In this document: positions 1 to 11,229 of the stretch, in pieces
Numbering within the stretch: the stretch's first letter is position 1
Layout of the letters: each line of letters starts with the position of its first letter
Assembly (NCBI GenBank): GCA_030248215.1
Contig: JASANG010001737.1
Location: 372,001 to 436,000, forward strand
DNA: 64,000 bases
From: Enoplolaimus lenunculus
Taxonomy: Eukaryota
Reading direction: 5' to 3'
The notes under the pieces: generated by a model
Databases searched by the model: none
Seen by the model: only the letters and a program-made list of their open reading frames with translations
What the model was told of the DNA's origin: nothing
Made by a program: the position numbers and the translations under genes

Positions 1-417
1 TACAAAATTACTCTTGGCTGCGATTAAAATTTTAAAATTGAAACTTTTTTGAATTCTAAACCGATCTTATTGTATACACCAGTTCAGAGTTCAAACTTAT
101 GTTTGTGCATGTATCTATATAAGTTTATATACATGCGTGTATGAATGCATGTATGTATGTATGTATGTGTAAATATATACTTGTCGATTGAACTCAAAGC
201 TAACCGTACTATCAAGCCAGTCGGTCCAAATTTCACGCTGCAAAACTCAGTGCTCGAGTAAAATCATGAATGGTGTGTTGTCTTGAGACTGTTTCACCGT
301 CATATATCGAGCTAAGAAGATCTTGTTATGCGCCGTTCACAGTAAGAAATTTTGCTTGGGCACAGAAAATGTCATAGGGTTGGGTAAAGAATTCTTATTC
401 TCCAAAAAATTTTATGA

Positions 418-418
<1 letters not shown>

Positions 419-460
<42 letters not shown>
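419..460. repeat. Poly(A) run
   Basis: About 42 consecutive A. Confidence 0.95.
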
Positions 461-463
<3 letters not shown>

Positions 464-2220
464 CAGTCTCAGTAAGTCTCGGTATTTAGCAGGTCTCGGT
501 TTCTTGATTCTCGGTTGTTTGCAACCGATACTAGAATTCGAGGATTCAGCAAATGCAGGTAGACCTGTAAAAAGCTGCAATTAATATTGTTGAAGCAAGT
601 ATAATGCCTGATGAATAAAGTTTCACTATTAATCTGAATTTTTATAGTTATGCAATAATTATTAGAAGATATTCTGAAAACATACAAAAAACTGATTATC
701 ACAAAAAAGCATTAGAAATAAGATATTTTGAAAATTTTGATTAAGGCTGTTATTTTTGCTTAGGCTTAGACTTAGTTATTGACTCAATTTTACGCTAAAT
801 GTTTACGCATAGCCTTAGGAAGGATAGATATATGCTGAGATATATTCTGTTACGCACCTAGAATAACACTCGTCAAATATATCTAGTTTTTCAGTGTTAT
901 TGTAACTCAATAAAGATTCTGAACGTACACGGTCACATACAACATTTACATTACATGTATTGCTGAAGAAATATGTAAAAGTAAGTCAATTCGTTCGATG
1001 GTACTTGGCAAAAGTACGAATGATGGTATAATTTTTTTGAAATTTTAAATATATTTAATATCCGGCATGTTAAAATAACGGAGCCGGATGTCGATTTGTT
1101 GCCGGAGCCGGATATCCGGTCGCACCCTAATATATACATAATTTTTGCTTATTATTTTGCTATTTTTTCAATAACAGGTATTAAAATTGAAAAATTAACG
1201 AAACAGTTACAATTGGCATGAATATTTCTGGATACGGTAGGAAAACTTACCCATGCGTATCAAATATTATAATATACATATGCTCATGTTTGAGCTTCAC
1301 TCATGCACAGTGATGCGAATCCATAAGTTCTCAAATACTGTAGTGATCCCGAATAAAACGGATGTACCGATATTTATTTTGTCTCTCCAGAGAGTGTCCT
1401 AATGTTGTTCGGTTACGGACTGTTATTTATTTTTACCTCAGACGCTATGTTTAAAGTTGGACCCAATCCCACACATATTCTTTCTTTTGAGCAAACCTGA
1501 CTTGCTCCAAATCATTTTTGACTTTTGTTGATTGGTCAGTTACATATATGAACAGTGTAGGCCATTCTTGTGTTTTGGTCTCTTTTATGGACTTCATTTG
1601 GCACCTATGGACTCTATCCACTAACGGAATCTAATCAGAGAGATACAGAAACCTATTGATACCAACTCAGAACGGGACGCCCTCATCTTATAACACCCTC
1701 TTATTCCAGCAACTACTATATTTCAACTAGATTACTGTAGAATTTAAACTTGAAACTGTTTTGCTTGAAAAACTAGATTTTCGTATCGAGACAGGGTCTC
1801 GGTGAGCACCGCACTGCCGTTCCCCAACCTTAGTTCTGTTTTGGTCAGGAAGTTACACTGAACGATTATATGTTCGGCTTAAATATCTGCAAATTCTATA
1901 ACCAATAACAAGTATTCTTGTTGTTTTTTCCGTGTTTTCACCCATGAGTTTAAATTTCTACGACGTCAAGTGTACCACAGACATTGCAATTTATAATAGC
2001 GTTAGAGAGCTTTCGTCCTAATACAGCGGATATGAAGCTCGAATTAATATTCCCACTATAAAGATAGATCTATGCGTCGAGAAGTGTTGACATTTCGGAA
2101 CTCAAATTTTACAATTTGTCAAATACATGACACATAACTTGAGCCCAGTATGTAGCTTTTAGAATTTCACATGAGATACTTTTTTAGCTATTCATACCGT
2201 ATACCTGGTTTTCAATATAA

Positions 2221-2495
2221 AGCCTTATTCTCACACGTGCAAGTTTTTGCTGCGAGCACTTGCAGCTGCAGTTTGCACTTGCAAGCTTTGTCCAAAATCC
2301 CGTTCGAAAAGCTGGCAGCTGCAAATACTTCAATTAAAATCATAGCTAGAAATTTAGTTCACATGTGTGAACAACCATTGAAGTTCACTGAATATTTTAC
2401 AGCTGCTTGTCATTGGCTGATGAATACATGCAAGTTCTGCGAGCAATTTGAAGCTGCAAGTTCTCGCAGCAAAAACTTGCATGTGTGAATAGGGT
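2221..2495. mobile_element. Harbinger-like MITE with long TIRs (second copy 56035-56308)
   Basis: agccttattctcacacgtgcaagtttttgctgcgag...ctcgcagcaaaaacttgcatgtgtgaatagggt; TAA/TGA flanks. Confidence 0.7.
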
Positions 2496-2567
2496 TGAAA
2501 AGTCTTAAATTTGTCTTGAATATTTCAAAATGTTTACAGGAACAAAATTCGCAGCAAAAACATTTAC

Positions 2568-2709
2568 CTACTGTAGGAATTCGAATAATAGGGTCGAGCC
2601 TGATATTTATTTTGCCAATCCAAAGGCTGGCCGGCTTTGCCTGGTTTATAATCTGTTTGTCAGTCGAGATCTGGTATAAGTTTTGCCAGAAACCGTTAAT
2701 GTATGCCAT
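2568..2709 (-). CDS. Candidate exon of an unidentified minus-strand gene
   Basis: Open frame MAYINGFWQNLYQ...DPIIRIPTV with donor TAG|gtaaat; phase-compatible with 10354-10576 and with the acceptor at 564. Its own acceptor is weak. Confidence 0.22.
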
Positions 2710-2841
2710 CTATTTTGTGGTTTAAGTTTATTTCTTTACGAATACACCGATTAACAGTTGAGTATGCTGCTATGAATATTGGTAACCCGTAACCTTAATA
2801 ATGTGACTAATGAATTTAATTATATATGCACTGAATTTGCG

Positions 2842-2893
2842 TAAGCCTAAGCCTAAGCCTAAGCCTAAGCCTAAACCTAAACTTAAACCTAAG
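2842..2893 (-). repeat. Interstitial telomere-like (GCCTAA)n tract
   Basis: taagcctaagcctaagcctaagcctaagcctaaacctaaac. Confidence 0.85.
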
Positions 2894-3378
2894 TAATTTG
2901 GTGCAAGAAGCATTTACGAAACCCAATTAGGATAATTGCTGTTAATGGATTAATTAATAATTTTGAAATCTTATCTGTTTACGGACTCTAATTACCTGGA
3001 GATATGGGCTCATATTGATTCACCCTCAAAATGGTAGCACCGGACTGTTATTATCTCTCCAGTCCAACTCTTATTCCGCTGACTGCAGTAGCCAGTAGCC
3101 AGAAAAGTTTATAAGCAAATGGCAAAATGTAGCATTAACAATAATTTTAAATGCAAAATCTTGGTTTTGATCCCTGCCAATGGGAACAAAGGCCTGGGTA
3201 AAACTTGGATCGGCCAATTAAAGTAGCGCAATTTCATTATTTTGTAGCAAAACTGCGTATTCTGAATTTTACGTGTCGACCGCTAAAACTTTAAAAAATC
3301 CGATTTAATTTGGTTTGAAATATGTATATTCTATAACTTATTCGTAATATCTACGCCAGTTTAGTTAAGATATTCTTC

Positions 3379-3724
3379 GGCTTATGTACAGATCAGGGCT
3401 GGACTGGTTTCTAGCAGGATTGCAATAAAGTAAGTTTAAGCGTTAGACTAATTTTTTGCTATATATTTTGTAAACTATTTTGCAAAATTTACGCTAGTTT
3501 TGTTAAGATATTCTTCGGCCAATATTAATATCAGGGCTAGACTGTTTTTCCGCGGGATTGCAATAAGGTAAGCTTAAACTTTAAAATAATTTTTTGCTTA
3601 AGCCTAAGCTTAGGCTTAAACTTAGGCATAGGTATAGAACTATCCTTACGCTTAGGCTTAGGCTTAGTGTTAGGCTTAGGAATATACTTATATTACTGTT
3701 ACTGCCCCGTTCTATACATTGACT
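3379..3724 (+). mobile_element. TTAGGC-carrying Merlin-like MITE with an older tandem duplication of its left end plus flank
   Basis: Left end present at both 3379 and 3517 (138-bp period); internal ttaggc repeats; right end ccccgttctatacattga. Confidence 0.75.
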
Positions 3725-5763
3725 CCAAACCAGACAATAATTTATTTTTCACTGCATTAAATTGTTATATTTAACCTTTACCTAATCTCATTTAAGATGC
3801 CTGAAATATCGCGACACAATTTCGATTATTACAATAACGCTTAATTACTAAATTATTTTCTGGTTTGGCACAACGGAAAGTGTAACCTTCAGGGGTATGT
3901 GGTCTAGACTATACGTCGCCAAGGGCTCCAACATCGGTGCAAAGGCTAAAGATCGAATTTCGGTTAATCATACATGAACCAGTAATCACTCAAAACTGAC
4001 AATTTAGCTAGAAATGGTACTATTGTAGCCACACACGTATGTCCGTAAATATGTGTCAAAATTTTGGCATAAATGATTTAGGCGAAACTAATCGTAAAAG
4101 CCAACGCTGGTACGATTAATATATTGATAAATATATATTTCGCAACTGATTTGTAAAAAAGCCAATAGTCAAACTTAATTCATCTTATGCAGCTGCAACT
4201 TTAAGGGTCTAAATTATACATTCTAACGACATTTCATCGCCCGACAACTCGTCGCATAATAGTGTCTTATAGCCTGTGAATCAATCTAAGCATAATTGTA
4301 AGCTTAATTCTAAGCCTAAACCTAAGCCGAAGCATAGTGATGGGTAACAAAATGTTGGGTCGATGAAATTTTGGATTAAAATGAGTGGTCGACGAGTTGT
4401 CGGACAACGAATTATGGTTATATCATGTAAATGACCCAAACAAAAATTCTCAAAATGTCAATCTTTCATGTGCTAAGTTCAATTCTAATGTGATTTGGCA
4501 CGGTTGGTTGCAAGATAAAGAAAAATTTACGCCAAAAGTTTTCAAATAGAGTTGAAAAGTAATACTTTTTTAAATTTTAGAAATTTAATATTTAGCAATT
4601 ATCTTTTAGTATAACATTTAAATCATCGCGATGGAAGGATGGGACCGTTTCCTTTATTTTAATTGCAACATTAGGTAGGTAATGATACCAAAATTTAGAA
4701 AAATACGTTACAATAAACGAGTGAAAATGCAGCCGTCAAGTTGACGCCTGCTTATCATTATCTCACGAACTGTTACAAGTACAAAAGGTTCGGTTTATTA
4801 ACTACGGTTGGCATTTTTGCTTTCAAATTTTCAAAAAATAAATAAAATCATATAAAAATGTGAAATTTTCAAACTTCGCACTTTTATTAGCTATGTCAGC
4901 GTGCTGGAACTTTGTGACTATATCATTTCAATTATTAATACCTGCAAGCTCAACGGTAATCGTCTCATTTGACACTGTTGCTGTCAGATTTTCGGATGAT
5001 CTATCTAGCCAATTTCTCATTTAGCTATGTTAGCGTAAAATAAAACCTTGTCACCATATCATTTACATTATCATTTGTAAAAATTTTGGTTCAAGTTTAT
5101 CTCTCGCATTATTGCGTCCAAACTAGCTAAAAATACACAGTGATGTTGTATAAAAAAGGTTGAAAAATGTCAATCGTTCAAATTTTGAAAATTATACCCG
5201 GCGTTTACTAATTAGCTATGTCAGCATGATGCAAAATTGCAACTATATATATCTCAAATATTATGCATATTTGATAAATGTTGATGACTTTTCGAGTTCG
5301 CTATTGCGTTTAAATGTTAATAACTAATCAGTGTTTTTGTAGAGGGCGGTGTGGTAGGTCCTTTGTGTCTTTCATTGTGTCGAAATCAAGAGCTTTTTGA
5401 AGCTCATGAACATTACTTATCTCTTGGCGTTTTAGTTGTATTCATTGTATGGAAACGGCAAGATAGCTAAATCATTTTCTACCGTATTCCTTTTTCAAAA
5501 GAATGGTTCATAGATGAAGGAAGAAATTGTAAAACTCAGATTTCTATGTTAGATTAAAGCTTAATAGTCTTAAAGAAAAACTATTAATAGTAAAGATGTG
5601 ACCGGGGAATTATCCGGGTCCTCTACAGAGGGTACGTCCCGTTTTAGTCGGCTACTTACGAGCTATTATATATTTATTAGTTCACACATATTAATAGTTA
5701 GACCCAGCACACTTCGTTTATTTTTTCATTTGAGTAGAAGTGATTTGCTTCGAAGCTTTTTAA

Positions 5764-6321
5764 CCCTTTCGCTCATAGAGTATACTATGTGCAACTAAAT
5801 ACAATAATGTACGAGCAATACACACACTGTGAGCAGTGTTTAACATTTATAACATATATGCGCAGTGCAGAATCTCCACAAGACGTGAGAGCCTACTCGG
5901 GCTCGAGCGTCAAGCTACTATTGCTCAGTGGTCATCGTAAACAACTCCCACCAGTGAGACTGAGGTTCGAATCTTACCTTGAAAATACATCTCATATGAA
6001 ATTGAAAATATTCAGGTGAGAAAGGGTTAATGAAAAAATACTTACTTATTATCTATAACCCTTTCACTCATAGAGTATACTATGAGCAACTAAATACAAT
6101 AATGTACGAGCAATAAACACACTGTGAGCAGTGTTTAACATTTATAACATATAAGCGCAGTGCATAATCTCCACAAGACGTGAGAGCTTACTCGTGCTCG
6201 AGCGTCAAGCTACTATAGCTCAGTGGTCATCGTAAACACCTCCCACCAGTGAGACTGGGATTCGAATCTTACCTTGAAAATACATCTCATATGAAATTGA
6301 AAATAGTCATGTGAGAAAAGG
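5764..6321 (+). mobile_element. Head-to-tail dimer of a piggyBac-like MITE with internal tRNA-like A/B boxes
   Basis: TTAA|ccctttcgctca...tgagaaaggg|TTAA (5764-6026), a ~30-bp spacer, then a second copy at 6059-6321 ending |TTAA. Internal tagctcagtggt and ggttcgaatc. Confidence 0.85.
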
Positions 6322-6689
6322 TTAATTGGTAGCTTTGTCTGTTAATTTTTTGGATTTAGTAAAATTTATGCGTGCTGTCTGAGTGTCTGTTGCATATCTG
6401 AGCAGTCTATGCCATCCTGCTTTGCTCTGTTTTATGGACCGTAATTAGGACTTATGGACCCTGTTCAGTAATGGACTCTAATAGGGATACGGTGTCCTAT
6501 TGATTGGGACTCAAAACCGGGGGCCCCTTTATTATTACACTTTATTTTATTCGGGTCGCTACAGCGCGTTATTGACCCAGAGCAAGGATTATAGCTATTG
6601 CTCAAATATTTTTACTTGCAGCAAACTTTAATAAAATTAGCTATTGCAGATTTTGAACTGAAAATCATCGAATTTGTGGACCCAACTCA

Positions 6690-7952
6690 TTGGGGCAGTT
6701 GTCGATTGGACAAATTTTGCATTTGGCCAGTTGTCGCTTGGGCAATTGTCACATTTGGCCAGTTGTCGTTTGGGCAATTTTGGCATTTGGGCAGTTGTCG
6801 TTTGGGCAATTGCCGCATTTGGCCAGTTGTCTTTTGAACAATTGTCGTATTTGGCCAGTTGTCGTGTGGCCAATTGTCGTATTTGGCCAGTTGTCGTTTA
6901 GGCAATTGTCGTATTTGGTCAGTTGTCGTTTGAGCAATTGTCGTATTTGGCCAGTTGTCGTTTAGGCAATTGTCGTATTTGGTCAGTTGTCGTTTGGGCA
7001 ATTGGCGTATTTGGCCAGTTGTCGTTTAGGCAATTGTCGTATTTGGTCAGTTGTCGTTTGGGCAATTGGCGTATTTGGCCAGTTGTCGTTTGGGCAATTG
7101 TCTTATTTGGTCAGTTGTCTTTTGAACAACTGTCGTATTTGGCCAGTTGTCTTTTGAACAACTGTCGTATTTGGCCAGTTTTCTTTTGAACAATTGCCGC
7201 ATTGGCCAGTTGTCGTTTGGGCAATTGGCGTATTTGACCAGTTGTCTTTTGAACAATTGTCGCATTTGGCCAGCTGTCGTTTGGGCAATTGTATTTGGCC
7301 AGTTGTCGTTTGGGCAATTGGCGTATTTGGCCAGTTGTCTTTTGAACAATTGCCGCATTGGCCAATTGTCGTTTGGGCAATTGGCGTATTTGGCCAGTTC
7401 TCTTTTGAACAATTGCCGTATTGGCCAGTTGTCGTTTGGGCAATTGGTGTATTTGACCAGTTGTCTTTTGAACAATTGTCGCATTTGGCCAGTTGTCGTT
7501 TGAGCAATTGTCGTATTTCGCCAGTTGTCTTTTGAACAACTGTCGTATTTAACCAGTTGTCTTTTGAACAGCTGTCGTATTTGGCCAGTTGTCGTTTGGG
7601 CAATTGGCGTATTTGGCCAGTTGTCTTTTGAACAATTGCCGCGTTGGCCAGTTGTCGTTTGGGCAATTGGCGTATTTGGCCAGTTGTCGTTTGGGCAATT
7701 GGCGTATTTGGCCAGTTGTCTTTTGAACAATTGCCGCGTTGGCCAGTTGTCTTTTGAACAATTGCCGCGTTGGCCAGTTGTCTTTTGAACAATTGCCGCG
7801 TTGGCCAGTTGTCGTTTGGGCAATTGGCGTATTTGGCCAGTTGTCTTTTGAACAATTGTCGCATTTGGCCAGTTGTCGTTTGGGCAATTGTCGTATTTGG
7901 CCAGTTGTCTTTTGAACAATTGTCGTATTTGGTCAGTTGTTGTTTGGGCAAC
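6690..7952. repeat. Tandem satellite with 30-32 bp units
   Basis: About 40 copies of ttggccagttgtcgtttgggcaattg(t/g)cgtat and the variant ttggccagttgtcttttgaacaattgccgc. Confidence 0.97.
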
Positions 7953-7980
7953 GAATGCACCGTTTTGCTATGACCGTTAA

Positions 7981-8534
7981 CCCTTTCTCACATGAATATT
8001 TTCAATTTCAACTGAGACGTAATTTCAAGGTAAGATTCGAACCCTAATCTCACGGGAGGCGTTTAGGATGACCACTGAGCTATAGGAGCTTGACGCTCGC
8101 GCCCGAGGGGGCTCTTACGTCTTGTGGAGATTTAACACTGCGCATATATGTTATAAATGTTAAACACTACTCACAGTGTGTGTATTGCTCGTACATTATT
8201 ATATTTAGTTGCTCATAGTATACTCTATGACTGAATGGGTTATAGATACTAAGTAAGACTTTTTTGATTAACCCTTTCTCACATGAATATTTTCAATTTC
8301 AACTGAGACGTAATTTCAAGGTAAGATTCGAACCCCAATCTCACGGGAGGGAGGCGTTTAGGATGACCACTGAGCTATAGGAGCTTGACGCTCGCGCCCG
8401 AGGGGGCTCTTACGTCTTGTGGAGATTTAACACTGTGCATATAAGTTATAAATGTTAAACACTACTCACAGTGTGTGTATTTCTCGTACATTATTATATT
8501 TAGTTGCTCATAGTATACTCTATGAGCGAAAGGG
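7981..8534 (-). mobile_element. Second dimer of the same piggyBac-like MITE, inverted
   Basis: TTAA|ccctttctcac...tgagcgaaaggg|TTAA. The reverse complement aligns with 5764-6321, including the spacer. Confidence 0.85.
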
Positions 8535-9770
8535 TTAAGTAGCCAGCAATGAAAATAATCGGTTTCTTCACATCTATTACTTTTCGGCCAAACTTTAGGT
8601 AGTCAAAAAAACCAAACCAGAAATTTAGAAAGTAAATATTTTCTAAATAGCTTTATTGTTGCTGGTAAAATTTTAATTTACCGGGTTTGTAACGTATGGA
8701 CTGAAAATGTTTGCGGGGCCAATTACTAATTGGCCTAGGCCAATCTGCTGTTCTGAACAAATAGAAGTTTGGCTCAGTCCAAATAGCGATTGTAAGATGT
8801 AGCGAAACAATAGTGTTGTTAAACTAACGATGATTGGTTAACGGTATTGCATCTGTCGAAATAATCCAATCTGATTGGTCTTTAAGTTTAATAGCAATGT
8901 AGCCTAGGCGAAACTGCTATTACGCAAATAGCAGATTGGCTTAACCCAATTATTAATTCACCCTGAAAAACAGATCGGCATACGTCATATATACCCGCAA
9001 ACGCAGCACTGAGTTCTGCATTTGTAGCCGATAAAGGTAACATTTTCAAATCACAGCTAAAACAATAAACAGTTAAAGCAACACTGACATTGCACGCAAA
9101 ATATACACATTGTACAGTGTTTAGGAATTTATTGAGAGAAAAGCGCAGTACAAAATCTCTACAAGACATTCCTGTTTCACAACTGAGCGGCTTGTGATGG
9201 TTAGCGGGTTCAATCCATATTAATACAGAGTTTGAATTGAAGCTTGAAATTTGATTTCCTCTAAAATTAAAACTTTCTTCGCCGCAGTTTAGTAGAAACA
9301 TTGCCACGAATACTGTATTTAATTTAGACGTACCGAGCTAACAATATTGTGTTTATCGCTAAAGCATAGCAGTTAGCCTAAAAACTTAGCTAAAGTTTGC
9401 AATTTCTATGAAATTCACTCGTTAATAGCTTCACTTTCTTTACAGTTTAACCTTTTAACGCTGTAAATTTTAGTTAGTTGATTTTAACTCAGAATGAGTA
9501 GTATCACTCAATCTAAGTTAGGACTTTCAGAACTCAGAATTTCGAGTCGATTCAATTCATTCTGAGTTAATTAACCAACTCATCCTGAGTCAACTCAACT
9601 CAGAGTAAGAATCAACTAAACTCAGAGTGAGTTAATGTTTTACAGATTTTAATTCAGAAATAACTAATTCGCCAGCTGAATTGATTAATCAATTCGCTGG
9701 AATTTACAGAGAACAGTGACGTACCAGTAATCGAATAACCGAAAAAAACAACTAAAATGCTCACATTTAA

Positions 9771-10022
9771 CCCCTTATAACAAATAGTATACAGCGAGTA
9801 TTAACTTAAGACCATACCTGGACTAATCCATGAAACGCAGCGTTTAACAATTACTAAGTTTGCGAAGATTTCTACAAGACATGAGAAGCCCCTCCGGCAC
9901 ATGCGTCAAACTGCTATAGCCAAATGGTGATGCTAACAATCTCTCACCACTGAGGCTGCGGTTCGAGTCCTGGCTTAAAATTAATTCTTATACAAAGTAG
10001 TAAATATTCAAGTGACAAACAG
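9771..10022 (+). mobile_element. Diverged monomer of the piggyBac-like tRNA-box MITE
   Basis: Flanked by TTAA on both sides; contains acaagacatgagaagccccc, tatagccaaatggt and ggttcgagtcc. Confidence 0.65.
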
Positions 10023-10119
10023 TTAAAGCAAAACTGGCGAATCGTTAACACTTGTTCGACAAATAGCAATGCTTCTTTTTAAGAAACAATTTGAATTGGG
10101 GTGAAATCCGCGGTATCTC

Positions 10120-10314
10120 CAGGGCTGGAGCAGCCATCCCCCATACCCCCATTTGGGGGACCACCCGTAAAGTGGCCCCCACCCTAACCGGTTGATACAA
10201 AAAACCGCTTAAGTTTTAAAATGCGTCGGGCTTTTCGCTCGCTTCGCTCGCGAGTTTGAGGGCCCCACCCTGGAATTTGAGGGGGAGCCCCCACCCCTGC
10301 CTGTTCCGGCAGTG
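10120..10314 (+). mobile_element. GC-rich hAT-like MITE
   Basis: TSD ggtatctc/ggtatccc; homologous to 24515-24716. Confidence 0.75.
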
Positions 10315-10353
10315 GGTATCCCAGAAGCAGCTCCTCATTTGGTTCATCCCTAC

Positions 10354-10576
10354 CTTGCAACCAACTTGTTCTTTAAAAGCACCACAGTCTAAAATTCTCG
10401 ATTGTTTGTCATCATTTTCTTGTGTTTTATAAAAAGTATAGAAGATATGAACGACCAGTGAAGCTTCAAACAGGCACATGTTGTTGAAAATAATCAACCA
10501 TCTGCTGTGATTAAGTAGAATTCTAGGTTTCTTTGTATCAAATGCATACCGAATCAGTGCAAACCGTTGATTAAAC
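10354..10576 (-). CDS. Candidate internal exon of an unidentified minus-strand gene
   Basis: Acceptor ttgtttag|G and donor CAAG|gtaggg enclose a 74-codon open frame (FNQRFALIRYAFDTKK...EQVGCK); no recognisable homology. Confidence 0.3.
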
Positions 10577-11229
10577 CTAAACAAGTGTGTTATTAAACCA
10601 TGAGCAGTTTTCATAAATTTCATTCATGCTGTTTTTATCGCTCATCCACGTAATAATGCTTGCACTACTGTAAAAAACAACCTTGGTCTGTGTAAGGTCC
10701 TATGTTATTTTAACAAATTCTGCCAGAAAGATGTTGTAATCTCAACTATTGTCTTGAGAACCTAAGGACCACACAAACACCGTTCTTACAGCACCTCTAT
10801 TGTCATCGCGGTCATAATGCACAGTGCATAAGTTTCTGACAGTATAACAGGACACTGTACTAGGGACTATTGTCGTACATTTGTTTTGGTAGACACTGTG
10901 TACAACGAAATTTAAAATCTTTAATACACGCATGCGTAAACCACAAATAGTTAAGAAAGCTGCAGCGAGAGTCTGCTGTTTCTCTGTAGTCCCTACGTAG
11001 AAATTCTGTTTCTTCCGCACAACGTTCAAACACTGTCAGGACAAAAGCAACTATCTAAGTACATGGTGTGTGTTGACATCGGGTCCTGGGTCGTAGCATA
11101 GTTTTTTACACTGTTGCTAAGGGGGCCCGTTTATTAAATTATATAAAGAATTTGCAAAAAATCAACTATATAACCTATACTGAATAACGTTTTATTTTTC
11201 TGTTTATGACATAATTTACGCCATTTGCA

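Noticed and set aside
2842..2893. True chromosome end or telomere
   Set aside because: All TTAGGC tracts are short, degenerate, in both orientations and embedded in dispersed repeats.
5910..5985. Functional tRNA genes inside the TTAA elements
   Set aside because: A and B boxes are present, but acceptor and anticodon stems do not pair and vary between copies. Treated as a tRNA-derived cassette.
6598..7973. Many overlapping ORFs up to 290 aa (KRQLAK / QTTTGQ repeats)
   Set aside because: They occur in nearly all frames on both strands because the satellite unit lacks stop codons; there is no gene context.
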